Assembly (NCBI GenBank): GCA_964568535.1
Contig: CAZMPQ010000001.1
Location: 6,183 to 70,182, forward strand
Source of the DNA: an uncultured Candidatus Saccharibacteria bacterium
GTDB lineage: Bacteria; Patescibacteriota; Minisyncoccia; UBA6257; 2-01-FULL-56-20
DNA: 64,000 nt
Direction of reading: 5' to 3'
The position numbers were made by a program, and so were the translations under genes. Numbering within the stretch: the stretch's first letter is position 1; each line of letters opens with the position of its first letter. The notes below the pieces were generated by a model. It was given only the letters and a program-made list of their open reading frames with translations, had not been told where the DNA came from and ran no database searches. Below are positions 10,034 to 19,118 of this stretch, piece by piece.

Positions 10034-10954
10034 CTATATCTTTCGTGAGAAGAACAAGCGCATCATCACCAAGATGTTCCACAGCTGTAATTTCAACCGC
10101 TCCCCGAATGACAGCCCCGGCGCACTCGCAATGTGACGCGCGACGTACCAGAAGTATGGCGAGGCAAAGATCTTTTCCAATCGGCGAGCGACCGTTACGG
10201 CAAGCCGCGGCAGGAACCATCGCGGCGGACGGTATTCATCCAGCACCCGCGAACGCCTAAAGAATCGTTTCTGCGGCACGAATCCCACCGGCCCGTTCGT
10301 GATACTTCGAAAGACGAGATAATTATCGAAACCCCAATAATAAGGATATCGATCGTCGCGCTCATGGGGACCAAAGAGCGGCTCACGGAGCACTGCGTTC
10401 CGGCGCCAGAGCCCGAAGATGAGTTGGAGCTTGCCATCGTCCATATAGAGCAGCATGTGCTGTTTGAGACGCTCGTAGAGCTCGTTTGCCGTCGGCATAT
10501 AGTCCCGCGGGTCGATGTGCTTGAATTCACGGCCATCCTTATCAATATCCACCATATCCGCGAAGACCAAGGATAACTCAGGGCGCGCGCGGAATGCCGC
10601 GAGGCAATCTTCTAAGAACTGCCTATCCCATAGATCATCATCGGAAGCCCAGATAAAATACTCCCCACGCGATTGCTGCACGATGAACTTGTAGCAACCG
10701 GGCGCGTTCAAGTTCTTTTTCTGCTGGAAATACCGCACGCGCGGATCCTTGCGCGCATATTCCTCGGCGATAGCGCGGGATTCCACGCCCTGCGGGTCGT
10801 CGTCGGAAATAATGAGCTCAAAATCCTTGAATGTCTGCGCAAGCCACGATTCTATCGTCCCGCGAAGGTAGTGCGGGCGTTTGTACGTCATGAGGCACAC
10901 GCTCACGAGCGGAGCTGCCGCGTTGAACGTTGCGGTGGTATTCTTCTCTTCCAT
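10034..10954 (-). CDS. family 2 glycosyltransferase
   Basis: Carries VSVCLMTYKRPHYLRGTIESWLAQTFKDFELIISDDDP. I moved the start to M49 (MEEKNTT...) to avoid overlap with the downstream deacetylase gene. Confidence 0.7.
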   Translation of the reverse strand: MEEKNTTATFNAAAPLVSVCLMTYKRPHYLRGTIESWLAQTFKDFELIISDDDPQGVESRAIAEEYARKDPRVRYFQQKKNLNAPGCYKFIVQQSRGEYFIWASDDDLWDRQFLEDCLAAFRARPELSLVFADMVDIDKDGREFKHIDPRDYMPTANELYERLKQHMLLYMDDGKLQLIFGLWRRNAVLREPLFGPHERDDRYPYYWGFDNYLVFRSITNGPVGFVPQKRFFRRSRVLDEYRPPRWFLPRLAVTVARRLEKIFASPYFWYVARHIASAPGLSFGERLKLQLWNILVMMRLFFSRKI

Positions 10955-10962
10955 GCGAGCGT

Positions 10963-11664
10963 TCAGAGCGTCGTCCGGAGCACGTGATACGCCTCTGCGA
11001 GCGTTCCGCCCATCTCCTTGCCATATATGCGCGCCAGGCGCTCCATATTCTCTACGCTCCGGGGAAACGGGTCTTTCCGCACCTGTGTCGTGTGGCAATG
11101 ATAAAGCTGTACTTTGAAATCCAACAAGTTGCCTTTTCCAAATTTTTCGCTCAGATCCAGATACGCGTTCGGCGTCCGCTGAGGACGGGAGCTCCAGGTA
11201 TACGGCTCAAAATATTCCAGCACGTGGTCCACGAAATGCCGCGCGGAGCGCGGAGTTGGCCGAAGTGCAGCTATGCATGCGTCGAACGTCGCGCGATGGT
11301 CCTGATTATAGCTGGACGACGCCGGCACAGCCATTATGGTGGGACGGAACTCCTCCAAGAGGTCGTCTAGGCGCTCCACGATGTCTTTCTGCGGGATAGC
11401 GTCGAGCTTTACATGGTCTTTCTGCACATACAGCACGCGCACATCCGCGCCCGTGAGCTTCTTTACCGCTTCAACCTCCTTCAAACGATCGGCTCCGCGC
11501 GTCTTCCCGGTAACAAGCTGACGGCTGTCGCCTACCCCCATGTAGAGGATAAGTACTTTTCCGCCCTCCTTCTTTACTTTGCCGATAAGCCCGCCGACGC
11601 CATCTGCTTCATCGTCAGGATGCGGAGCGACCACGAGAAGCCGCGCTGTGCGATCAATATGCAT
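10963..11664 (-). CDS. PIG-L/LmbE-family N-acetylglucosaminyl deacetylase
   Basis: Carries LLVVAPHPDDEADGVGG (the PIG-L zinc motif). I chose the start at M29; the longest ORF extends to 11748. Confidence 0.7.
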   Translation of the reverse strand: MHIDRTARLLVVAPHPDDEADGVGGLIGKVKKEGGKVLILYMGVGDSRQLVTGKTRGADRLKEVEAVKKLTGADVRVLYVQKDHVKLDAIPQKDIVERLDDLLEEFRPTIMAVPASSSYNQDHRATFDACIAALRPTPRSARHFVDHVLEYFEPYTWSSRPQRTPNAYLDLSEKFGKGNLLDFKVQLYHCHTTQVRKDPFPRSVENMERLARIYGKEMGGTLAEAYHVLRTTL

Positions 11665-11701
11665 ATGTTTTTGTATCGGGGGTGCACCCCCTGTATCTAT
11701 T

Positions 11702-12808
11702 CTACGCAAGATGCCCGAGTTTGCGAAGCTGCCGGGCAAGCGCGGCATGACTCAGCTTCTCCGCGTTCTCAGAACTATATACCTGCCCCGTAACAAGCGT
11801 TCCACCGGAGACATGATACTCGGCAAGTTGAGGCATGTGGTCCGCAAGGAATTTGTACGGTAACACGACAAAATGCCTGGGGAATTCCCATATCCGCCCC
11901 ATCTCATCCTGCGACACGAGCACTTCATGGAATTTCTCTCCCGGCCGCGCACCGATGCGCTCACGTTTCGTTCGCGCGTTTCCTAACTCCTTGATCATCA
12001 CTGTAGCAAGCGTTCCGACATCAACCGCGGCCATTTTCGGGATGAATATCTCGCCACCCCTTCCTTCCACGCCCATACGCAGCGCGAACGTCGCGAGGTC
12101 CTGAGGTATCTCCAAAAATCGCGTCATCCGTTCATCAGTTATCGTCACTTTGTTCCGACGCCTGATCTGTTCGCGGAACAGCGGCACAACGCTCCCGTGG
12201 CTTCCCGTGAGATTCCCGGAACGGACGCAGACGAATTTTGTCTCGGGCGAGTGCGCGTTCGCTGCGATGAACATCTTTTCGGCGATGGCTTTCGTATACC
12301 CATAATTATTAGACGGGTCGGCAGCTTTGTCGGATGAAATAAGAACCGCGCGGGGTACTCCGCTTGCCTTCGCTGCCTCGATCACATTCCGAGTCCCAAC
12401 CACGTTCGTCAGTACGAACTCCCAGATGTGCTGCTCGCCAACGGGCACATGTTTCAATGCCGCAAGGTGGAATACCACGTCCATCCCCCGCATGACCTCT
12501 GCTAAGCGTTCTCGGTCGCGTACGTCACCGATATAAAAGTGCAGGCGCGGATCCGCAAAATCACGCGCCATTTCCACTTGCGCGTTCTCGCCGCGGCTCA
12601 TAATGCGTACTTCGGCAGGGTCGTGCCTCAGGAGCTCTGCGGTCACTGCCTGGCCATACGAACCTGTGCCACCGGTGATGAGTATCCGCTTTCTCGCATA
12701 GAACGGCATCGGCTCTGCGGCTTTCGCTTTTGCGGCCCGGCGGCGTGACGGTGCGGCATGCTTCCGTTGGGCGATCACTCGGGGCCGTTTTGTAGCTTGT
12801 TTTTTCAT
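11702..12808 (-). CDS. polysaccharide biosynthesis protein, CapD/PseB/FlaA1-like UDP-GlcNAc 4,6-dehydratase
   Basis: Carries ILITGGTGSYG, LISSDKAADPSNNYGYTKAIAEK and RSGNLTGSHGSVVPLF. The first ~35 residues form a basic extension. Confidence 0.75.
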   Translation of the reverse strand: MKKQATKRPRVIAQRKHAAPSRRRAAKAKAAEPMPFYARKRILITGGTGSYGQAVTAELLRHDPAEVRIMSRGENAQVEMARDFADPRLHFYIGDVRDRERLAEVMRGMDVVFHLAALKHVPVGEQHIWEFVLTNVVGTRNVIEAAKASGVPRAVLISSDKAADPSNNYGYTKAIAEKMFIAANAHSPETKFVCVRSGNLTGSHGSVVPLFREQIRRRNKVTITDERMTRFLEIPQDLATFALRMGVEGRGGEIFIPKMAAVDVGTLATVMIKELGNARTKRERIGARPGEKFHEVLVSQDEMGRIWEFPRHFVVLPYKFLADHMPQLAEYHVSGGTLVTGQVYSSENAEKLSHAALARQLRKLGHLA

Positions 12809-12874
12809 GGTAGTGGTCCGAAAAATCCCACACAGAATACAACTTCTGGCGGCGTTACGTCAAGCGATTCTCAA

Positions 12875-13432
12875 TTACGAGAACAGATCTGATTCCGGAC
12901 GAGCAAGCCACTTTTTGAAGCTCTGCGCTGCCGCATCTTTTTCGGAGAGAATGGGGTCTTTGACCGGCCACGCAACACCGATATCTGGGTCGTTCCATCG
13001 GATGCTTGATTCCGCGTTCGCGTTCCGCAATGCGGTATAAAGATATTGCACATCGGCCGGCGCCTCAAGCGTGCAGAATCCGAACGCGAATCCCGGCGGA
13101 CAGTAGAGCGCCTTGCGGTTCTCCGCGCCTAACTCCAGGCCAAACCACTTGCCCAAGGTCGGCGATTTCTTGCGGATATCTACGCCGACGGCGAACGCCT
13201 TCCCGCCGATGACGCGCACAAATTTCCCGAGCGGCTTATCCCATTGGAAATGAAGCGCGCGAACAACACCTGCCTTGGATGACGAAAGGTTCTGCTGAAC
13301 GAATGCGATCGGCGCGCCGCGCTCCACGAGGCGATCCTGCCGGAAAAGCTCCATGAAATACCCTCGCTCGTCGGGAATCGCCTCGGGTGTTATGACGAGG
13401 AGTCCCGCAAGCCCAGTTTCTTCAATGATCAT
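12875..13432 (-). CDS. dTDP-4-dehydrorhamnose 3,5-epimerase-like cupin (RmlC family)
   Basis: Carries IPDERGYFMELF, RALHFQ and KFVRVIGGKAFAVGVDIRKKSPTLGKW. I chose the start at M9. Confidence 0.7.
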   Translation of the reverse strand: MIIEETGLAGLLVITPEAIPDERGYFMELFRQDRLVERGAPIAFVQQNLSSSKAGVVRALHFQWDKPLGKFVRVIGGKAFAVGVDIRKKSPTLGKWFGLELGAENRKALYCPPGFAFGFCTLEAPADVQYLYTALRNANAESSIRWNDPDIGVAWPVKDPILSEKDAAAQSFKKWLARPESDLFS

Positions 13433-13439
13433 GAAAAGC

Positions 13440-14672
13440 TCAACGGTAGCGCGCAAGGAACGCTCCGAAGACCTGTTTTATGCGCGCGATGTGCTTCGAA
13501 GTGATGCCCTGATGGCACCCGATGAGGAACGCGTTCTGCATCACGCGGTCTGCGACGGGATAACCGTCCGGGTTCTCGTGGCGAAGCGCATGCTCAAAGC
13601 CCGGCTGGCGCATAATGTTCCCGGTCATCACCGGACGCGTCTGAATGTTCTGTTCCTCCAGATATTTCGTTATCTCGAAGCGCGTGAACGGCGCTTCCTT
13701 CCGCACAATGAGCGGGAATGTAAGCCAGTTCACCTCGGCGTTCGCCGGCTCTTCCGCCAAGACGAAGTAGTGTTCATACTGCTTGAAATATTTGAGCAGC
13801 TCGTCGAAGTTCCGACGGCGGAGCGCGGCGAACTTCGGCAGACGCTTCAGTTGCTCAAGGCCGAACGCAGCCGACAGTTCAAGTGGCTGGAAGTTGTAGC
13901 CAATCTCCGTAAAGAGGAATTTTGCGTCATAGGGTTTACCGTTCAGCGTGCTCGTAAACCGCCGCTTGATCTCCTCGGACTTCTCGTAGAATCCGAAGAG
14001 TGTTGATTGTCGCCCCCAGTTCGCCAGGACTTTCGCTTTTTGCGCAAGCTTCGGGTCATGAAAACAGACCATTCCCCCGCCACCGGCGGCAGTCACAATA
14101 TGCGAAGCGTAGAAACTCGTTGTGGATACGTCGGAATACACACCGCTCCGTTTCCCGCGAAACTTCCCGCCGATCGTATCGCAGGAATCCTCAATGAACC
14201 ATAGCTTGTGTTTCTTCGCGATGCGCTGGAGTTTCGCGAGATCCGGGAAGTTCCCGATGAGCGACGGTATCATGAGCGCTTTTGTCTTTCGCGTTATTTT
14301 CCGTTCTATCTTCGCAGCGTCGATGTTATACGTGCGCAACTTGACGTCCACGAAGACCGGCTTCAACCCTTTCTGCAAAAGCGGTGCGACAGTCGTAGAG
14401 AACGTGAGCGCCGGCGTGATGACCTCTGCGCCGCGTGGGATATCCAACGCTTCAAGCGCGATGAGATTTGCCGAGGAGCCCGAGTTCGTCATCACCGCAT
14501 ACTTCTTGCCGAAGAGCTTCGCAGTCGCAAGCTCAAAATCGCGGACGTTCGGCCCAGCCACGATCTTCTCGGGATTGCTCAATACGCGGAGCACCGCATT
14601 CACCTCCTCCTTCCCATATACCGTCCGGGCGTAAGAAACCCGGAGTCCTTCCCGTGTGTGTTTTTGTCCCAT
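13440..14672 (-). CDS. DegT/DnrJ/EryC1-family PLP enzyme with His in place of the Schiff-base Lys; a ColD/RfbH(E1)-like sugar 3-dehydratase
   Basis: The aminotransferase fold carries SFYASHIVTAAGGGGMV where aminotransferases have SFxxxK. There is no C-terminal Cys cluster, so it resembles ColD more than E1. Confidence 0.7.
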   Translation of the reverse strand: MGQKHTREGLRVSYARTVYGKEEVNAVLRVLSNPEKIVAGPNVRDFELATAKLFGKKYAVMTNSGSSANLIALEALDIPRGAEVITPALTFSTTVAPLLQKGLKPVFVDVKLRTYNIDAAKIERKITRKTKALMIPSLIGNFPDLAKLQRIAKKHKLWFIEDSCDTIGGKFRGKRSGVYSDVSTTSFYASHIVTAAGGGGMVCFHDPKLAQKAKVLANWGRQSTLFGFYEKSEEIKRRFTSTLNGKPYDAKFLFTEIGYNFQPLELSAAFGLEQLKRLPKFAALRRRNFDELLKYFKQYEHYFVLAEEPANAEVNWLTFPLIVRKEAPFTRFEITKYLEEQNIQTRPVMTGNIMRQPGFEHALRHENPDGYPVADRVMQNAFLIGCHQGITSKHIARIKQVFGAFLARYR

Positions 14673-14700
14673 GAAAGTATCGTTCTCTTGTTAGTCCATT

Positions 14701-15636
14701 CTATCTCACCTTGAGCCATTCTGTCATCCGCTCAATGCCCATCCGCAGGTCGCATGCCGGCCGCCACGGGAGCGCGGCGAAGGTTTTTGTCATGTTCGCC
14801 TGCTGGCATCCTTTGTCGTACGCCACGGCCTTCGCGCCGCCCCACACCAGCTTGCTCCGCGAGCCGGTCAGCGTAAATGTAACGTCTACGAGCTCCTTGA
14901 GCGTCACTGCCTTACCGCACGCGGCATTCAACACTTCTCCCGCAAGCTTGCCGGCATGTTCCGCCGCCTGCATGTAGAGTTGAACGAGATCGTCTATAAA
15001 AATGAAGTCGCGGCTCACGTCGGGACTTGTGAGCGTAATGTCCTCGTTCCGCAACGCCTTGCGGACGACCGCTTCCACGAGGCGGCCCTCTTCCATCTGC
15101 GGTCCATACGGCGAGAAGATGCGAAGCGCGACCACGGGCTTTCCCGCGTTCCGCGCGACCGTTTGCCCGTAGAGCGTCATCGCGAGCTTGGTCAGTGCGT
15201 ATATTTCGAGCGGCTCGCATCGGTCGCTTTCCTTGAGCGGCGTCTCGTGCGTTCCATACTCTAAATAGCTCCCACTGTTCACGAAGAACGCGTAATCCAC
15301 GTGCTCCAACGCTTGGAACAAGCGGATAGTGTTTCCGATGTTCGCGCGAATAAGCTCATCCTCCGCCGCAGCAACGCCTTGCTTAATATTGGATGCCGCG
15401 CAGTGGAACACGCCCGACGGGTTCAGTTCGGTGAGAAGTTTTTTGAGCCGCGGGGCGTCCGTCATGTCGTCACGGACGACCGCGAGCTGCGGCAAGATGT
15501 CCGCGATGCGGTGCGTGTCCGTCGTCTCTCTTATGAGCACTGCCGCCGGCCGCCCGTCCCGCACGAGCCGATGCAGTAGATGGCTACCGATAAATCCTGC
15601 TCCGCCGGTCACGAGTACCGGCCGTTCATTCTTCAT
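14701..15636 (-). CDS. NAD-dependent epimerase/dehydratase (extended SDR)
   Basis: Carries VLVTGGAGFIGSHLLHRL and a YxxxK site (YALTK). Confidence 0.75.
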   Translation of the reverse strand: MKNERPVLVTGGAGFIGSHLLHRLVRDGRPAAVLIRETTDTHRIADILPQLAVVRDDMTDAPRLKKLLTELNPSGVFHCAASNIKQGVAAAEDELIRANIGNTIRLFQALEHVDYAFFVNSGSYLEYGTHETPLKESDRCEPLEIYALTKLAMTLYGQTVARNAGKPVVALRIFSPYGPQMEEGRLVEAVVRKALRNEDITLTSPDVSRDFIFIDDLVQLYMQAAEHAGKLAGEVLNAACGKAVTLKELVDVTFTLTGSRSKLVWGGAKAVAYDKGCQQANMTKTFAALPWRPACDLRMGIERMTEWLKVR

Positions 15637-15734
15637 AATGGGCCTAGTGTAGTACGGAAGTCAGAGCGAATCAATGAAAACGGCCTCGCGCGGAGCGTGT
15701 CCACGCGAGGCCGAATTACCGAAGCTGTTGATGG

Positions 15735-16064
15735 TCAGTTCATGAACCCCCAGCCCGGGGCTCTCAAGTTACGCCGGAGGAATTCCTTGACCTCGGCGTT
15801 CGCCGACGAGATCATGCGTGGCTTCTCCACGTGCATGAGACAGAGCACCTCTTGACGCTTTGGGAACAACCCCAACCGCTTCCCTGGCGGGCGCACGCGC
15901 ACGGCATATCCCCAGCACGCCTCCATCGGGTCGATGGCGACATCCCGGAAGAGCCACTCCACCGCCAGCTCCCCGCTCACTTTCGCGGCGAGGATGTTCA
16001 TCGCCTGTTCTGCCACGGACTTCGCCTCCAACGCTTCCGCCGACTCCCTGGTCGTTGCGAGCAT
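15735..16064 (-). CDS. hypothetical small protein
   Basis: A 109-aa ORF that does not overlap its neighbours. The alternative 195-aa ORF 15769..16356 overlaps the HD-domain gene out of frame. Confidence 0.3.
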   Translation of the reverse strand: MLATTRESAEALEAKSVAEQAMNILAAKVSGELAVEWLFRDVAIDPMEACWGYAVRVRPPGKRLGLFPKRQEVLCLMHVEKPRMISSANAEVKEFLRRNLRAPGWGFMN

Positions 16065-16102
16065 GCTTTTCTCCTTTCAGCTTATCTAACAGATTGTCAA
16101 CG

Positions 16103-16765
16103 CTAGAGCGTGATGCCGACGAGGCCGAGGTCGGCGTACTGCTTCTCCACGCCGGCGACGAAGACCGCGAGCTGCGCGGCGTAACGATTCGCGAGGTCGC
16201 GGCCTCGTGGGGTCCGCATCGGGTGGAGCATCTCGTAGCAAACGCGTACGCCGTCCAACGCCGAGCACGGCTCATCCCATGTCGTTCTGGGATTCCGTCT
16301 CCCAGCGAGGTACCCGAACTCCATGGCCGGCACTTCGGCATAGAGCTGTGCCGCACGGATCACAACCGAGAGCATGATGTTCGCAAGGCGGTCGGCGTCC
16401 ATCAGGACGCACTGGACGAGCGAGTCGTCGTCGCGCGGCTCTCGGTGTCGCATGACCGACTCAAAGATGTCGTCCAGCTCTTCCCGTGTGAAGTATCCGC
16501 TCGGCAGGTACTCCAGATGCGCCGCCACGATGTCTCGCACGTACGCCCCCTTCTCCACGATGCGATCCACCGAGTGGAGCAGGCCGGCGCAGAATGCGAG
16601 CTCCGCGGTCCGCGCGTCCGGCGCGAGCCAGATGGCGAGCGCAGCGACCGTCACGTCGTGATCCAGTCCGTGGCCGCGATGCGGCCGCTTGGACGTCTCG
16701 TGCAGACGCTTCACCGCATCGTAGAACTCCTGGAACCGTTCCCGATATTCCTCGAATGCGCTCAT
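16103..16765 (-). CDS. HD-domain phosphohydrolase-like protein
   Basis: Carries HRGHGLDHDVTVAALAIWLA (H...HD). Confidence 0.5.
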   Translation of the reverse strand: MSAFEEYRERFQEFYDAVKRLHETSKRPHRGHGLDHDVTVAALAIWLAPDARTAELAFCAGLLHSVDRIVEKGAYVRDIVAAHLEYLPSGYFTREELDDIFESVMRHREPRDDDSLVQCVLMDADRLANIMLSVVIRAAQLYAEVPAMEFGYLAGRRNPRTTWDEPCSALDGVRVCYEMLHPMRTPRGRDLANRYAAQLAVFVAGVEKQYADLGLVGITL

Positions 16766-16843
16766 CGGCGCACCTCCTCAAGCCTGCCGAACACCCGCCC
16801 GGCAGATAGCTGGGCAATATTATAGTAGAAAAATTCTACAAAG

Positions 16844-18388
16844 TCAATCTTCTGCGCCGGCTCCACCGCACTCGTACGCCGCGAAACCGTATCCCGGCAT
16901 GGTGTTCGTGAGTTGCACGCCGAGGATGCGCGGCACGCCGCGAGTCAGGTGGTCAACAATGAGCGCGCACCCCTCGGCCTCTTGCGGGATCGCAACTTCC
17001 GAACCATTCTCCCCGCGCAGATACGTGCGGTCCAGGACCATCAACCGACGTTCAGGCAACACGACTAATGGAAGAACGTCTCCCGAGTAGTGCATCCGGC
17101 TATATTCTTCTGAAATCACCCACAAGTTCCCCGCGACGAACACTTCATCACTGGGATATTGCGCCAAGATCGGAGCGAACTCCTCGCGCGCCTCGGCGAT
17201 GCCCATCCCCCGCTCCAGATATGCTGGGAACGCGAATACGGTCTTGAGTGAGATGAGCGCGAAGAGGACGAGAAACGCGAGCGCTCCGTATCGCGCCCAG
17301 CGCGGAAGCGCGCCTTGCGTCAGATATCTGACGATGAACGCGAACACGATGAGCGCAAAAAGTGTCGCGTAGTAGGTCTTCGTGCCCATGAAGACCATCT
17401 TCACCAAGAGTCCCGCGAGCGCCGCGGCAAAAAGCAGAAAGAGCGGCAGCGAACGGATCTCGCCGCGGATGCGCACAAAGAGCCGGAACGCCGCGAACGC
17501 GAGGAATACGCCAACGACGGCGTAGGAAAGCGCATACGTGCTCTTCAAGAATGCAGCAGCGTTCCGCAGTTCTATCTTCGCGACCTCAAGGTCCGCGTGG
17601 CGCGATACGCCCTGGAGCGTTTCCGCAATGCTGTACGGCGAGAACTGCATGACGAGGAGATACGTCATGAGCGCGATGCCCGCTACCATCGCAAGCTTCG
17701 TGAGCGCTTCGCGCCACGGATACCGGAACGAGATGTAGAGTCCCACGAGAAGCGGCGAGAACATCGCGCCGAACGGATGGATCGCGGGCATGAGACCAAC
17801 TGCGACACCGCACGCCGCAAGCACCGTCCGCTCGCGCTTCGCGGCGAGTACGATAAGACAAACAATGAGCAGCAAGACGGCTTCCAGGTTCTCCGGGCGC
17901 GCCATATTATTCCATACGGAACGCAAGATGATACAGAGCGATGCCGTGATGAGCAGAACGCCGTATCCCGTGAGCGGCGTGCCGCCGGACGTCGCGACGC
18001 GGAAGAAGAACGTGCCCGCGAGAAGCGCGACTGCTGCGGCGAAAAAACCCATCACCGTCATCGCCTGCTGCGGCAGCGGCATGGCGAACGAGGGCGAGAT
18101 GAGCGTCCCCACGACGAGCTGCAGGAGCGGCGGGAAATAGAGATACCGGTCCGCGCCCGTCGGGTCGCCCCAGGACGTGCGCGTGTCGGTCAGTGGGTTC
18201 ATGAGCCCGTCGCCCATCGCCCAGTTTATCGCCGGAGGGATGAAGAACGACGCGTCGTGATAGCCGTTCAGCGAGTGCCCCGTCGCGCCGAACGCCGCGG
18301 TCATCACCGCAAGCGCGAGCACGATGCCCGCGAGGACGTTCGGCCAGATGTTCCGGGTAGGTTCCATATTAGAAATCATAATAGCCAC
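16844..18388 (-). CDS. polytopic membrane protein, putative GT-C-fold glycosyltransferase/polymerase; paralog of the 34957..36432 gene
   Basis: About 11 predicted TM segments followed by a soluble C-terminal domain. The C-terminus GVQLTNTMPGYGFAAYEC is shared with the paralog (GVQLAHAVPGYGFAVYDC). It is adjacent to a Dpm1-like GT2. Confidence 0.55.
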   Translation of the reverse strand: MAIMISNMEPTRNIWPNVLAGIVLALAVMTAAFGATGHSLNGYHDASFFIPPAINWAMGDGLMNPLTDTRTSWGDPTGADRYLYFPPLLQLVVGTLISPSFAMPLPQQAMTVMGFFAAAVALLAGTFFFRVATSGGTPLTGYGVLLITASLCIILRSVWNNMARPENLEAVLLLIVCLIVLAAKRERTVLAACGVAVGLMPAIHPFGAMFSPLLVGLYISFRYPWREALTKLAMVAGIALMTYLLVMQFSPYSIAETLQGVSRHADLEVAKIELRNAAAFLKSTYALSYAVVGVFLAFAAFRLFVRIRGEIRSLPLFLLFAAALAGLLVKMVFMGTKTYYATLFALIVFAFIVRYLTQGALPRWARYGALAFLVLFALISLKTVFAFPAYLERGMGIAEAREEFAPILAQYPSDEVFVAGNLWVISEEYSRMHYSGDVLPLVVLPERRLMVLDRTYLRGENGSEVAIPQEAEGCALIVDHLTRGVPRILGVQLTNTMPGYGFAAYECGGAGAED

Positions 18389-19106
18389 GCAGATACCGCC
18401 ACATGATCTTCAAGATGTTCAAGCCGTACTGGATGGGCTTCAGGTGGCTCACTTCGTCCGCATAGCGGGTCGGAATGGGCAGTTCCGTAACGCCCAGCCC
18501 TTTCTTTGCGCCAACCAAAAGCATCTCGCCGTCAAAATGGAACGTGTCCGATAGCTTTATGAACGGAATGGTCTGCAGCGCCTTCCGCGAGTAGAGCATG
18601 TATCCCGAGTGGTACTCCGCAAAACGGAGCCCGTAGACCAGATTCTCCATTGTGCTCAGCACGATGTTCGCGATCCACTTATAGAGCGGCATCCCGCCGC
18701 GCAACGCGTCGCGTTTCCGCATCATGCGCGAGCCCTGGACGATATCAGCGCCCTCCTCGGCGAACGGCCGCAGCAGCGTCGGCAACATTTCCGGCGCATA
18801 CTGGCCGTCTGCATGGAGCAAGGCCACGATATCCGCGCCGCGCGCAACAGCTTCAGCGAACGCGCTTTTCTGCGCACGCGCGTAACCCTCGTTCTTCGGC
18901 TTGTCTAACATCGATATCCGGTCGCCCCATCGCGAGCGTATCTCGGCTATCTTCTGCCTTGTCCCGTCGGTGCTTCCGTCATTCACGATGATGACCGAAG
19001 TGCCTGCGTCCCACACCTCCTGTGGGATGCGCTCAAAGACCGAGACGAGCGTCTTCTCGGCGTTATACGCTGGTACGACGATCGTGATACGCTTGCCGTT
19101 CGTCAT
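18369..19106 (-). CDS. GT2 polyprenyl-phosphate sugar transferase (Dpm1/ArnC-like)
   Basis: Carries ITIVVPAYNAEKTL...VIIVNDGSTDGT...LHADGQY. Confidence 0.75.
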   Translation of the reverse strand: MTNGKRITIVVPAYNAEKTLVSVFERIPQEVWDAGTSVIIVNDGSTDGTRQKIAEIRSRWGDRISMLDKPKNEGYARAQKSAFAEAVARGADIVALLHADGQYAPEMLPTLLRPFAEEGADIVQGSRMMRKRDALRGGMPLYKWIANIVLSTMENLVYGLRFAEYHSGYMLYSRKALQTIPFIKLSDTFHFDGEMLLVGAKKGLGVTELPIPTRYADEVSHLKPIQYGLNILKIMWRYLRGYYDF

Positions 19107-19118
19107 GAAAGCGGCGCC

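Noticed and set aside
15769-16825. The 195-aa minus-strand ORF and the 321-aa plus-strand ORF that overlap the HD-domain gene
   Set aside because: They are out-of-frame or antisense overlaps of the HD-domain ORF. Their low-complexity Pro/Arg/Ser-rich translations have no motifs.
17315-18406. A 363-aa plus-strand ORF rich in R/E/D/H (MRQISDDEREHDERKK...)
   Set aside because: It is a low-complexity antisense artefact lying entirely inside the minus-strand GT-C-like membrane protein gene. High-GC genomes often give long spurious ORFs on the opposite strand.
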